DNA of 64,000 nt, taken from the NCBI GenBank assembly GCA_029548865.1, contig JAKPMO010000005.1:26046-90045 (forward strand), in the 5' to 3' direction. Shown piece after piece: positions 43,720-53,384 of this stretch (the stretch's first letter is position 1; every line of letters starts with the position of its first letter). Both the position numbers and the translations under genes were made by a program. Under the pieces are notes generated by a model. It was not told where the DNA came from and did not search any database. It saw only the letters and a program-made list of their open reading frames with translations. Source of the DNA: Caldisericota bacterium. Lineage in GTDB: Bacteria; Caldisericota; Caldisericia; JAAYUI01.

Positions 43720-43752
43720 AAAAAAGGCGAAGAAATATCCTCGCCTTTTTTA
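43720..43752. terminator. rho-independent terminator (bidirectional context)
   Basis: AAAAA AGGCGA-loop-TCGCCT TTTTTT, between convergent genes. Confidence 0.65.
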
Positions 43753-43773
43753 TTTATTCTGGGATTAAGTTTC

Positions 43774-45228
43774 TTATGCTATGACCTTTATCATTTCCCC
43801 ATTTATAAGGCCCTGTATAAAGGCCTTTTGCGAATCCAGCTGTTCAATGTAGTCAACGATCTGGGAAGTTATAAGTTCTCCATGTATCAATGTGGGTATG
43901 CCTGGCGGGTATGGGCAGACAACATCGGCAGCGACCCTGCCAATTGCCTGTTTGAGGGGAACGAGTTCCGATTTTGAATAGAAAGCTTTTCTTGGGAGCA
44001 TTTCAAGCGGCGGGATTTCTGGAAGGGGTACTTTAACACTTGGCCTGCAATCATATTTCTTGCTTGCCAGCTTCTTTAATACTTCAACCAGCCCCTTAAC
44101 ATATTCCCACTTTGTTCCCACAGTCAGGAAGCAGAGGAAATTATCTGCATCAGAAAGCTCTATTTCGACATTATACTCATTGTTTAATACCCTCTCGGCT
44201 TCCCAGCCAGAGAGGCCAAGCTCGGAGACATTGATGGTTATCTTTGTCCTGTCAAAACCAACCACTCCCTGTCTACCCACAACCTCACTTCCTGGGCATC
44301 TCAACCCAGGAATTTTGTTGATTTCATCTCTTAGCCAATCAGCCATTTCAAGAATTTGGGTAAGTCTTTCCTGACCATGGATGGCCATATACCTTCTTGC
44401 AGCATCAAGCGAACTCATAAAAACATAGGACGGTGAGGACGATTGCAAAAGAACAAGTATCATCTTGAGTCTATCGGTTGCCGCTCTTGCTGTCACCACA
44501 TGCAATAGCGAACTCTGCGTCATCGTTGGCAATGTTTTGTGCGCACTCTGGGTAACGCAATCAACATCACACTGGCAGGCGGACATTGGCATTTCAGGAT
44601 GGAACATGAAGTGTGCACCGTGGGCTTCATCCACAAGCACTCTTAGGCCTTTTATCGTTGCCATGGAAGCAAGTGTCTGTATATCAGAAGCGAGTCCAAA
44701 ATAGTTGGGTGTGGTCATAAGAACAGCTTTTGCGGATGGATGGCGCTTCATGGCATTCGAAAGTGTCGTTGGAGTTATCGAAGTATACTCGCCAATGTCG
44801 GAATTGTAATCGGGCATGACATAAGCAGGTTCAAGCCCACCAAGTATAAGTCCACCGACTGTACACCTGTGGCTATTTCTTTGCAAAATGATTTTTTCCT
44901 CGTTCCAAACAGAGGACAACATCATGGCTTGTACGCCAACAGTTGTTCCATTTATAAGGAACTTGGTTTCCCTGACGCCAAAGACATCAGCGGCATACTT
45001 TTGCGCTTCGCCAATAACACCACTCGACGTGTGGAGATAATCAAGACCCTGGACTTCTGTAAGATCAAACTTGTAAAGTCCTTCACCAAACCATTCTGCG
45101 AGTGGTTCTGGAATGACTCCACCCCTCATGTGTCCTGGCATATGAAAAGGCAACCTATTTTGCCCGATGTACTCAATCACCTTCTCGACAAGCGGAGCTC
45201 TTGTCTGGTCAAGTTTATACTTTCTCAC
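43774..45228 (-). CDS. PLP-dependent Orn/Lys/Arg decarboxylase family protein
   Basis: LPFHMPGHMRGG and the PLP-Lys block QSAHKTLPTMTQSS. 484 aa, GTG start after AAGGGGGT. Confidence 0.85.
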   Translation of the reverse strand: MRKYKLDQTRAPLVEKVIEYIGQNRLPFHMPGHMRGGVIPEPLAEWFGEGLYKFDLTEVQGLDYLHTSSGVIGEAQKYAADVFGVRETKFLINGTTVGVQAMMLSSVWNEEKIILQRNSHRCTVGGLILGGLEPAYVMPDYNSDIGEYTSITPTTLSNAMKRHPSAKAVLMTTPNYFGLASDIQTLASMATIKGLRVLVDEAHGAHFMFHPEMPMSACQCDVDCVTQSAHKTLPTMTQSSLLHVVTARAATDRLKMILVLLQSSSPSYVFMSSLDAARRYMAIHGQERLTQILEMADWLRDEINKIPGLRCPGSEVVGRQGVVGFDRTKITINVSELGLSGWEAERVLNNEYNVEIELSDADNFLCFLTVGTKWEYVKGLVEVLKKLASKKYDCRPSVKVPLPEIPPLEMLPRKAFYSKSELVPLKQAIGRVAADVVCPYPPGIPTLIHGELITSQIVDYIEQLDSQKAFIQGLINGEMIKVIA

Positions 45229-45389
45229 CTGGTTACCCCCTTAGAAACGCAATTGGCCTAACATAATACGCATAATTTAAAACATGTCTAGTGCAAAGTA
45301 ATTTTGCCCGGTGCAAAGTCTGTTGTTACAAGTCAAACGTAATTTTACATTCATCCAAATTCAAGTATAAAGATGTCAAAGGAGGCAAG

Positions 45390-46055
45390 ATGAAACTGGA
45401 TCAAAATAGTCTTTCGAAAACGCTGGATGATTTTAATGAACACATTTTATTTGGTAAAAACATTCCCAAAAAAGCGGCCGAAGAAGCAGCGATCTGGATA
45501 GCCTCAAGACAGGGGTTGCCAGGCTCTTATTACAACATGTTCGCACCAACAGCAAATGACTTTCTTGAAACAAAACTCTTTACTGGTGAAAAGGTTGCTT
45601 CAAGGGCCGCCACAGCGCACATACTGAGCGAAGAGGCGTGCAGGACATTGATCAAACTAGGCGCCAAGAATCTCCAGGCCAAAAAAGCCCTTGAAACAGC
45701 CACCGAAGACATGCTCGGAAGGATAAAAGACAACCCAAGTGGGAAGTATTGTTGCGGGACATGTTCGGTGTCCTTCTGGAGACACCTTCAGGCCGGTGGC
45801 CTCTCATTGCAGGAGGAAAGGATTGCAAATGGAATGGGGGATTTAAAAAGAAGCCGCATAGGAAACAGCAAATGGAGGTTTTATCCATTTTTTTATACTC
45901 TCTATACGTTGTTGGATATCGACATGAAAGAGGCGCTGGAGGAGATAAAATATGCGGCACCAGCCATGGAGAAGTCGCTGAAATCAGGAAAAGCTGATGA
46001 GCCATACGGCGAAAGAAGGGCCGAGATTTTTAAAAAGTTGTTGGCAAAAATATAG
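45390..46055 (+). CDS. hypothetical protein
   Basis: ATG 45390 follows AAAGGAGG. 221 aa, helical-looking, with a CCGTC cluster. No family recognised. Confidence 0.55.
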   Translation: MKLDQNSLSKTLDDFNEHILFGKNIPKKAAEEAAIWIASRQGLPGSYYNMFAPTANDFLETKLFTGEKVASRAATAHILSEEACRTLIKLGAKNLQAKKALETATEDMLGRIKDNPSGKYCCGTCSVSFWRHLQAGGLSLQEERIANGMGDLKRSRIGNSKWRFYPFFYTLYTLLDIDMKEALEEIKYAAPAMEKSLKSGKADEPYGERRAEIFKKLLAKI

Positions 46056-46094
46056 CATGTAATTTTTGATACAAAAGTTGGCAACCAAATTAAA

Positions 46095-46171
46095 TGGTCG
46101 GGACGGCCAGATTCGAACTGGCGACCTCTTGGTCCCGAACCAAGCGCTCTACCAAACTGAGCCACGTCCCG
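46095..46171 (-). tRNA. tRNA-Pro (anticodon CGG), CCA encoded
   Basis: Hand-folded cloverleaf: CGGGACG/CGTCCCG acceptor, GCTC/GAGC D stem, CTTGG-TTCGGGA-CCAAG anticodon arm, GCCAG-TTCGAAT-CTGGC T arm, A73, CCA. Confidence 0.9.
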
Positions 46172-46330
46172 ACAAATTTAGCATTTTACTGATTATTTGG
46201 TCTTTGTAAAGAGAATTTTTTAATCTTTATATATTGTAATTCTATGACACAATATAGTGCTGGTTTTGCACATTTTTGCCAAAAAACCCTCATTTTGTCT
46301 ATAAACCACACTGACGGCAGCCCAGAAAAT

Positions 46331-46351
46331 AAAAAAGCCCTACAAGAGGGC
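46331..46351 (-). terminator. short terminator hairpin after tRNA-Pro(GGG)
   Basis: The minus strand reads GCCCT-CTTGT-AGGGC TTTTTT. Confidence 0.5.
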
Positions 46352-46356
46352 AAATA

Positions 46357-46434
46357 TGGTCGGGGCGAGTAGATTCGAACTACCGACCTTCAGTCCCCCA
46401 GACTGACGCGCTAACCAAACTGCGCCACGCCCCG
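46357..46434 (-). tRNA. tRNA-Pro (anticodon GGG), CCA encoded
   Basis: Hand-folded: CGGGGCG/CGCCCCG acceptor, GCGC/GCGC D stem, TCAGT-CTGGGGG-ACTGA anticodon arm, GGTAG-TTCGAAT-CTACT T arm, A73, CCA. Confidence 0.88.
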
Positions 46435-46437
46435 AAC

Positions 46438-46478
46438 AAATAATAATGGCCTGGTGATTTTAACACACCAGGCCATCA
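46438..46478 (-). terminator. terminator hairpin after hup
   Basis: The minus strand has an 11-bp stem ATGGCCTGGTG / CACCAGGCCAT followed by a T-rich TATTATTTGTT. Confidence 0.6.
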
Positions 46479-46503
46479 AGTCAAGTCAAACGCTACTACT
46501 CAA

Positions 46504-46797
46504 TCACTTCTTTGCGTGGTGAACGGTATGGACTGCGGATTTGAGGTCCTTGCCTGGTTTAAAGGCTGGGACTTTCTTCTCTGGAATGTTGAGTGGCTTG
46601 CGTGTCTTCGGGTTGACGCCCTTGCGTGCCTTACGGTTCCTCACATAGAAGCTGCCGAAACCAACAAGGAGAACTTTGTCGCCTGTCTTCATAGCATCCT
46701 TGATTGATTCAAGGGTGGCGTCGAGCATTGCTGAGCAATCCTTCTTTGAAAATTTCGTTGTTGATGCGATCTTGTCGATCAGTTCTGGTTTTGTCAT
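46504..46797 (-). CDS. hup: DNA-binding protein HU
   Basis: MTKPELIDKIA.., GFGSFYVRNRKARKGVNPKTRKPLNIPEKKVPAFKPGK is the classic HU arm. 97 aa. Confidence 0.92.
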   Translation of the reverse strand: MTKPELIDKIASTTKFSKKDCSAMLDATLESIKDAMKTGDKVLLVGFGSFYVRNRKARKGVNPKTRKPLNIPEKKVPAFKPGKDLKSAVHTVHHAKK

Positions 46798-46816
46798 TTT
46801 GACCTCCTATAGTTTT

Positions 46817-47818
46817 TTATTCTTCTTTCAATTCCCTCTTCATGAGCCTTCTAATGGCCCTTAAGGGGGTGGTACTGCCCTTCGATACTGCATCTATTTC
46901 AGATGTTATCGGTAGCTCAATTCCGTACTTCCTGGCCAGAAGGAGTAATCCCTGCAGTGATTCAAGTCCTTCTATGGCCTGTCCGTCCGGTGATATTTCA
47001 TCTCTGGCTTCGTCAGGTTTTTTACCTTTTCCGAGCAGATACCCGAAGCGCTTGTTTCTTGAGAGTGGCGAAGAACATGTGGCCACCATGTCCCCAAGAC
47101 AAGACAACCCCCTCAGGGTCGCCTCCTGGGCACCAAGCGCCTTATACAACCTTCTTGCTTCCTCAAGGCCTCTTACCACTAGTGCAGCTTTGGTGTTGTC
47201 TCCAAAACCAAGTCCTTCGATAACACCTGCGCCAATAGCAACTACGTTCTTCAAGGCACCACCAAGTTCAACGCCCTTCACATCTTTCGAGCGATAGACC
47301 CTGAAATAAGTGTTTGAAAACAGTTGCTGGATTTGCTTTGAAAGCTCATCACTTTTCGAAGCGCATACCGCAGCGGTGGGCATCTTCTGGGCAACCTCTC
47401 TGGCAAAATTTGGGCCTGAAAGAACAGCGATCTTGTCACTGTCCAGATTCCATTCTTTTGAGAGGAGTTCTGACATGGTGAGTGATTGTTCAGGCTCAAT
47501 ACCTTTGACCACAGAAACTACCTTAGTTTGATTTTCAAGGTTGCGGGCAAACTCCCTTGCAGCCATGGCTAGATATTTCCCGGGTACAGCGGCCACCATT
47601 ATATCGATACCTTTTGAGGCTGTCAAGGGGTCGGACTCAATAACGACCTTGTCTTGGAGTTTATAACCAGGAAGATACCTGATATTTTCAGCATTTCTTC
47701 TAATTTCATCGGCCAGATCAGGAGTATTCGCCCAAAGGATAACTTCTATCGGTTTGGAAGCCAAAACTGTGGTCAAAGCGGTCCCCCAAGCTCCGGCACC
47801 CATGACACAAACCCTCAT
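46817..47818 (-). CDS. gpsA: NAD(P)H-dependent glycerol-3-phosphate dehydrogenase
   Basis: MRVCVMGAGAWGTAL.., GPNFAREVA and ALKNVVAIGAG. The ATG overlaps the der stop (ATGA). Confidence 0.92.
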   Translation of the reverse strand: MRVCVMGAGAWGTALTTVLASKPIEVILWANTPDLADEIRRNAENIRYLPGYKLQDKVVIESDPLTASKGIDIMVAAVPGKYLAMAAREFARNLENQTKVVSVVKGIEPEQSLTMSELLSKEWNLDSDKIAVLSGPNFAREVAQKMPTAAVCASKSDELSKQIQQLFSNTYFRVYRSKDVKGVELGGALKNVVAIGAGVIEGLGFGDNTKAALVVRGLEEARRLYKALGAQEATLRGLSCLGDMVATCSSPLSRNKRFGYLLGKGKKPDEARDEISPDGQAIEGLESLQGLLLLARKYGIELPITSEIDAVSKGSTTPLRAIRRLMKRELKEE

Positions 47819-49164
47819 CTATGCTGTCTCCTTGAGAATCTTACGGGAGTACCTTCAAGCTCGAATTCCTCTCGTAAGTTGTTCTCCAAAAATCTCATAT
47901 ATGACTCGGAAGCCGCATTAATATCGTTAACAAAAAATTGAAAAGTCGGTGGACGGGTTATTGCCTGGGTCACATAATAAATTTTCAAAACTTTCCCTTT
48001 ATGGACGTTTGGGGGTTGTTTGTCCGTGACCTGGGCCAACCATCTGTTCAATCTGCCAGTGGTTATCCTATCGTTGTAACTCTTTAATGCTGCAACGATG
48101 TGAGGAAAAATTTTTATGATATTTTTACCGGTTAACGCAGACACGTTTACACGTTTCGCATAGTCAATAAACCTAAGCTGGTGCGACAAATTTTCTTCAA
48201 GTGCTGCTTTATCTTCAACCAGGTCAATTTTGTTTACCACAACAACACATGCTTTTCCTTCGTCTGCAATGTACCTTGCAAGATGCTGGTCGTCTGATGT
48301 GGCGCCTACTGAGCCATCAATGACCAAAATCACAAGATCGCTCCTGTGGATGGCTTGTTCTGACCTTTTGATGGTCACATAATCAAGCTGTTCGTCATAC
48401 TTGTAGCGTTTTTTGATTCCTGCTGTGTCTACGAGGATATATTTAGTGCCATCATACTCAATGAGCGTATCTACAGCATCTCTGGTTGTCCCTGGGACAT
48501 CGGAGACGGTTGTTCTCTTTTCACCCAAAAACGCGTTCAGGAGAGATGATTTGCCAACATTCGGCCTTCCTGCTATCGCAATTCTTCTTGGTGGCAATTC
48601 TTCTTCCTGTTGCTCCTGTTGTTCTTCCTCGACTGCCTTGCCAATACTTTCGACTATTAGATCCAAGAGTTCGGCAACATTCCTGCCAGAGGTTGCAGAC
48701 ACGGTAAAAGGATCACCAAAACCAAGCTGGTTAAAATTGAAATCGGTCCAGTCTTTATTGTCAGCCTTGTTTGCAGCAAGAATGATCTTTTTAGTGGACT
48801 TTCTAAGCATTTTAGCGACATAAATGTCTTCTTTGGTTGGGCCAATCTGGGAGTCCACCATGAAGACAATGACGTCGGCAATGCCAATTGCCATCTCAGA
48901 TTGAAGGGAAACCTGCCTTTGTATTGTGGAGGCTTCCGGTGCTATCCCGCCAGTGTCCATGAGGGTGAAATCAACACCGTTCCAGGTAAAATCCTCCATG
49001 ATCCTGTCGCGGGTCACACCCATCGCCTGATCAGTAATGGTCCTCGCCTTTCTGAGGATTCTGTTGAATATTGTGGACTTGCCAACCGACGGTCTTCCAA
49101 TGAAGGCCACGATTGGCAGGTTCTTGGCTCTTAAGGGTTTTATCGAGGAGATTTCGTTTTCCAT
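47815..49164 (-). CDS. der: ribosome-associated GTPase Der/EngA
   Basis: Two G domains (GRPSVGKST, DTGG, NKAD; GRPNVGKSS, DTAG, NKID) and a KH-like C-terminus. Start MENEISS at 49164. The track's 102-aa N-terminal extension runs into the gatC promoter and gene. Confidence 0.88.
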   Translation of the reverse strand: MENEISSIKPLRAKNLPIVAFIGRPSVGKSTIFNRILRKARTITDQAMGVTRDRIMEDFTWNGVDFTLMDTGGIAPEASTIQRQVSLQSEMAIGIADVIVFMVDSQIGPTKEDIYVAKMLRKSTKKIILAANKADNKDWTDFNFNQLGFGDPFTVSATSGRNVAELLDLIVESIGKAVEEEQQEQQEEELPPRRIAIAGRPNVGKSSLLNAFLGEKRTTVSDVPGTTRDAVDTLIEYDGTKYILVDTAGIKKRYKYDEQLDYVTIKRSEQAIHRSDLVILVIDGSVGATSDDQHLARYIADEGKACVVVVNKIDLVEDKAALEENLSHQLRFIDYAKRVNVSALTGKNIIKIFPHIVAALKSYNDRITTGRLNRWLAQVTDKQPPNVHKGKVLKIYYVTQAITRPPTFQFFVNDINAASESYMRFLENNLREEFELEGTPVRFSRRQHR

Positions 49165-49261
49165 TTGTTCTACCTGAAATAAGTATTGCCCCAAACGACA
49201 TTTGTCAAGTACACTGGAGAATTGGCAAATACTGGCTATAATTTCCCCTTCAGGAGGCAGG

Positions 49262-49552
49262 ATGTCTGTTGAAAAGAAAGACCTCAAAAGGATTTTTGAG
49301 CTATCAAAACTCGACCATGCGAAATCAGATGGCCTTGAAAAAGACATTGAAAGGCTTGTCGAAAGTTTTTCACAAATCAGAAACATCGACCTAAAGGATT
49401 GCGAGCCAATGGTATTGCCAAAGTGGTGCATTCTCAGATACAGGAAAGACGAGCCACTGGAGGGCATCAAAAAAAGCGATGCGCTCTCGCAGGCACCAAA
49501 AACAGACGGGACTTTTTATATTGTTCCAAAAATCATATCTGGTGAACCATGA
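49262..49552 (+). CDS. gatC: Asp/Glu-tRNA amidotransferase subunit C
   Basis: MSVEKKDLKRIFELSKLD.. after a CAGGAGG SD. About 96 aa. It overlaps the gatA start (ATGA). Confidence 0.8.
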   Translation: MSVEKKDLKRIFELSKLDHAKSDGLEKDIERLVESFSQIRNIDLKDCEPMVLPKWCILRYRKDEPLEGIKKSDALSQAPKTDGTFYIVPKIISGEP

Positions 49553-50928
49553 ACATATCAGAAGCCAGAAATCTTCTCAAATCAAAATCAATTTCGCCCC
49601 TTGAACTTGTTGAGGAATGCGAAAAAAACTGGAAAAACAAAGAACATGATCTGAATGCAGTAATAACTCCCATGTTTGAGAAGGCAAAAGAAGTCGCCAA
49701 AAAAGCTGTTTTTGACGAATCAAAACCACTCTCCTGCATACCCTACGCCGTAAAAGACAACATTTGTGTTAAAGGGGAAAGGCTCACATGTGGCTCCAGG
49801 ATTCTTGGCGAATACAGGAGTCTTTTTGAATCGACAGCAACTAGTAGGCTTGCAAGTGCTGGTGCCATTGCCGTATGCAAGACAAACATGGATGAATTCG
49901 CAATGGGATCATCTGGTGAATACTCTGCCTTTGGACCAACCCATAATCCGCTGGACAAAAAACTTGTTCCTGGTGGTTCTTCATCTGGCTCCTCTGCGGC
50001 CGTCGCCGCAGGCTACTCAATTTTCTCACTTGGTTCAGACACAGGCGGGTCGGTACGACAGCCAGCAGCATTCTGTGGATTGTCTGCCATAAGACCAACC
50101 TACGGCACAGTGAGTAGATATGGCCTTGTTGCTTTTACATCATCGATCGACCAGATAGGGCCAATGGCAAAAAATTCCATTGACGCACTCACTGTTTTGA
50201 AGGCCATGCGCGGGCTGGACGAGAAAGACTCGACAAGCGTAGAATGGTTGCCAGTGGAATTGCCGGAAAAACCAGTAATTGGCATCCCCAAAGAGCTCTT
50301 TGAACTAGACATAGACCCCGAAATCATGGCATTGCTCCAGGAATGCAAGAAAAAGCTTGAAGGAACCGGGGCAAGATTCATCGAGGTTTCCATACCAAAC
50401 CTCAAGCATTCGGTGGCAACCTACCAATTGATAACACCGTCCGAATGCAGCGCCAACCTCTCAAGATTCGATGGTGTAAGATATGGACTTCAGGTCGAAG
50501 ATCCAGAACTTGGAAAGCAGTACAAAAAAACCAGATCGGATGGTTTTGGATCTGAGGTCAAGAGAAGAATACTGATTGGCACTTATGCCCTCTCCGAGGG
50601 TTTCTACGATGCCTACTATCTCCAGGCATGCAAAATGAGGGCAAAGATAGCAAGTGAACTGTATTCTGCATTGTCAAAAGCAAACGCCATCCTGACACCA
50701 ACAACGCCAACTACTGCCTTCGAAGTAGGCTCAATCCAGGATCCTCTTAAAATGCACGCCTGTGACCTTCTGACAATTCCACAGGGTCTGGCGGGTATTC
50801 CGGCAGTAACATTCCCATTTGGCAAAGATGGCAAAGGAAGGCCTATCGGAATGCAACTTTCAGGATCGGCGTTCTCAGATGATTCGCTTGCAATGCTTGC
50901 AGGCAAGGTCGAAGAGGTCGAACAATAA
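49549..50928 (+). CDS. gatA: Asp/Glu-tRNA amidotransferase subunit A
   Basis: Amidase signature GGSSSGSSAAVAAG..SLGSDTGGSVRQPAAFCG. Confidence 0.92.
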   Translation: MNISEARNLLKSKSISPLELVEECEKNWKNKEHDLNAVITPMFEKAKEVAKKAVFDESKPLSCIPYAVKDNICVKGERLTCGSRILGEYRSLFESTATSRLASAGAIAVCKTNMDEFAMGSSGEYSAFGPTHNPLDKKLVPGGSSSGSSAAVAAGYSIFSLGSDTGGSVRQPAAFCGLSAIRPTYGTVSRYGLVAFTSSIDQIGPMAKNSIDALTVLKAMRGLDEKDSTSVEWLPVELPEKPVIGIPKELFELDIDPEIMALLQECKKKLEGTGARFIEVSIPNLKHSVATYQLITPSECSANLSRFDGVRYGLQVEDPELGKQYKKTRSDGFGSEVKRRILIGTYALSEGFYDAYYLQACKMRAKIASELYSALSKANAILTPTTPTTAFEVGSIQDPLKMHACDLLTIPQGLAGIPAVTFPFGKDGKGRPIGMQLSGSAFSDDSLAMLAGKVEEVEQ

Positions 50929-51347
50929 TGATGAAGTGTTGCAAGTGCAAAAAACCATCACCTTATCCCGTTTGTGAGACCTGTGCAAACGAAAGAGAGA
51001 AGAAGGTCATAGAAGAGATAAGGGGAATAGATGATCTCGTGGCTGACCATAAACTCTCCATGAAAAAGGTCAGGAGGTCAGGTTTTGCAATAACCCCGAA
51101 GAGGCTCTGGGGGCTTCTTCTAGTGCTTACAGGCATAATCCTTGCATTCAGTGGAAACGGCTATCTTGGCATGCTAAGTTTGGGGTGTATTGGTGCAGGG
51201 TTGATATTTCTTTTGCTTTCCTGGACCGAAACACTTACAGTCTCACTCGTCAATGACGGGTTGACCAGTGAATACAGACAAATCATTACCGATCTGGCAA
51301 AAAGACGGAAAAAACTCATTGAAAACCTCAGGAGCGGCAATGTCTGA
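50928..51347 (+). CDS. zinc-ribbon plus 2-TM hypothetical protein inserted between gatA and gatB
   Basis: CCKCKK..CETC N-terminus and two TM helices (LWGLLLVLTGIILAF, MLSLGCIGAGLIFLLL). 1-nt overlap with the gatA stop (TAATG) and 8-nt overlap with gatB. Confidence 0.55.
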   Translation: MMKCCKCKKPSPYPVCETCANEREKKVIEEIRGIDDLVADHKLSMKKVRRSGFAITPKRLWGLLLVLTGIILAFSGNGYLGMLSLGCIGAGLIFLLLSWTETLTVSLVNDGLTSEYRQIITDLAKRRKKLIENLRSGNV

Positions 51348-52773
51348 TCTTGTAATAGGAATTGAAGTCCATGTGCAACTTTTGTCTGCAACAAAGATGT
51401 TTTGTGGTTGCAAGAATTCGTTTGGCGACGAGCCAAATACAAATGTGTGCCCAGTTTGCCTCGGATTGCCAGGCGCCCTGCCAATGGTCAACGAAAAAGC
51501 CTCTGAAATGGGCCTCCAGCTTGCCCTAGCGCTAAACTGCAAGATAAACGAAGTGGCACCATATTACCGAAAAAACTATTTCTATCCGGACCTTCCAAAG
51601 GGCTATCAGATAACCCAGTATACCACACCTCTGGGACAAAAAGGATCCCTTGAATTCCCATTCGGAAAAGGCAAAAAAAGGGTCGATATAACGAGGATCC
51701 ACCTTGAAGAAGACGCTGGAAAAATGTTCCACTCAGGGGACATAACAAAATCGTCCTCGTCGCTGGTTGACTACAACAGATGTGGCGCTCCCCTTGCAGA
51801 GATTGTTACAGAGCCTTGCATTGAGACCCCCGAAGAGGCCCAGGCATACCTTTTTGCCTTGAGAAATCTCGTCCGGTTCATTGGCATTTCAACTGGCAAC
51901 ATGGAAGAGGGCGCACTCAGGTGTGACGTAAACGTGTCGGTAAAAAATCCGGACGGGTCTTTCGGCACAAAGGTGGAAGTAAAAAACCTCAATTCCTTCA
52001 GGTCAGCAAGAAGAGCACTCGAATTTGAGGCGAAACGCCAGAGGGACCTCATTGCCAAGGGTGGGCAGGTAACTGCCGAAACAAGGCACTTTATCGAGTC
52101 CACAGGCGAAACTGCGGGGATGCGCTCAAAAGAGGAGCTCAACGACTACAGGTACTTCCCGGAGCCAGACCTTCCACCGATGATCACGGGCGCGGACCAA
52201 ATCGAAAAAATCAGACAGGAAATGCCAAAAACACCTGGCCAGATCGCAGAAAAGTTTGAGAAAGAATACGGGCTCTCACAATATGATTCAGGTGTTCTAA
52301 CACAAGATAAAGAAACAACCGTGTTTTTTGAAGAATGTGTCAAAAACGGCGCCAGCCCCAAAAAAACCTGCAGTTTCCTTACGGTGGAAATCCAGGGCTA
52401 CTTTGCAAAAGAGGGGCTATCGCTTGGCCAGACAAAACTGACCCCAAAACTGCTTTCGGAGCTGGTGAAGCTGGTGGACTCAAACCAGATAACAAACCAG
52501 TCAGCAAAAACAATCATCCCTGATGTTGTTGCTGGTGCCAGCCCAGAAAAGGTTGCAAAAGAGCGCAATTTAATAGCAATAGAAGACGAGTCCGCAATCA
52601 TCGAACTTGTCAGGCAGGTAATCGAAAATAATCCGAAACAAGTCGAACAATATAAGCAGGGCAAAACTGCCCTTTCAGGGTTCTTCATTGGGCAGGTGCT
52701 CAAAGCTTCTTGTGGAAAAGCCCAGGCTGAAACGGTGAAACGACTTGTCGAAGAAGCACTCTCAAGGCTTTAA
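51340..52773 (+). CDS. gatB: Asp/Glu-tRNA amidotransferase subunit B
   Basis: Start MSDLVIGIEVHVQL..KMFCGC at 51340. CPVCLGLPGALP and a YqeY-like tail. Confidence 0.92.
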   Translation: MSDLVIGIEVHVQLLSATKMFCGCKNSFGDEPNTNVCPVCLGLPGALPMVNEKASEMGLQLALALNCKINEVAPYYRKNYFYPDLPKGYQITQYTTPLGQKGSLEFPFGKGKKRVDITRIHLEEDAGKMFHSGDITKSSSSLVDYNRCGAPLAEIVTEPCIETPEEAQAYLFALRNLVRFIGISTGNMEEGALRCDVNVSVKNPDGSFGTKVEVKNLNSFRSARRALEFEAKRQRDLIAKGGQVTAETRHFIESTGETAGMRSKEELNDYRYFPEPDLPPMITGADQIEKIRQEMPKTPGQIAEKFEKEYGLSQYDSGVLTQDKETTVFFEECVKNGASPKKTCSFLTVEIQGYFAKEGLSLGQTKLTPKLLSELVKLVDSNQITNQSAKTIIPDVVAGASPEKVAKERNLIAIEDESAIIELVRQVIENNPKQVEQYKQGKTALSGFFIGQVLKASCGKAQAETVKRLVEEALSRL

Positions 52774-52820
52774 CCAACAATGCCTCGTAAGAGAAGTCCC
52801 AAAACCAAAAATAAACCATA

Positions 52821-53384
52821 ATGCAAGAATTTGATGCCGCCAGCCTCATGAAAAGGATAGCAAAAGGCGATGAGGACGCTTTTCGATGCCTCTACGACGA
52901 GTTTGGCGCATACGTTTTCAAGATTGTCGCAATGCAACTTCATGACAATGGTAAAGCGGAGGAACTCACCCAGGACGTCTTCCTCAAAATATGGAGATTT
53001 GCATCGAAATATGATCCTTCAAGGCCCTTCAAGCCATGGCTCTCTCGGGTCATAAGTAACGAAATCATAAGCTACAGAAGGGCGCAGGAAGAGAGAACTG
53101 AAAGTATTGAGGAGCTGGCAGAAACTGGCTACACCCCAGCTGAAGAGATGGACTCATACAGAGACAGACAGCTTTCAGACGACATTTCTTATGAGCTCCA
53201 GAACGCAGTGAGAATCCTTACTGACAATCAGCGGCAAGTTGTCGTAATGAAATATTATGAAGGGCTTAAGATAAGAGAGATAGCAGACAGTCTGGGAATA
53301 GGCGAAAGCGCCGTAAAAGCCAGGTTGTACACAGCTCTCGAAACACTAAGCACAACGGCCCAGAGGGGCAAAAATGGACTGTAA
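52821..53384 (+). CDS. ECF-type RNA polymerase sigma factor
   Basis: Region 2 ELTQDVFLKIWRFASKYD..PFKPWLSRVISNEIISYRR and region 4 REIADSLGIGESAVKARLYTALETL. Confidence 0.88.
   Translation: MQEFDAASLMKRIAKGDEDAFRCLYDEFGAYVFKIVAMQLHDNGKAEELTQDVFLKIWRFASKYDPSRPFKPWLSRVISNEIISYRRAQEERTESIEELAETGYTPAEEMDSYRDRQLSDDISYELQNAVRILTDNQRQVVVMKYYEGLKIREIADSLGIGESAVKARLYTALETLSTTAQRGKNGL

Noticed and set aside
45902-46165. 87-aa ORF on the minus strand
   Set aside because: It is the translation of tRNA-Pro(CGG) plus flanks (MAQFGRALGSGPRGRQFESGRPDH is typical tRNA-derived pseudo-protein).
46095-46434. The tRNA-Pro pair as an integration hotspot flanking a genomic island
   Set aside because: No integrase or recombinase, phage genes, or repeated tRNA 3' segments were seen on either side. 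The flanking genes (hup, gpsA, der; decarboxylase) are core genes.
49165-49470. 102-aa N-terminal extension of der in the ORF track
   Set aside because: It has no G-domain or other motif. It runs across the divergent gatC promoter and into gatC on the other strand. Der homologues start just before the first P-loop, at MENEISS.. 49164.
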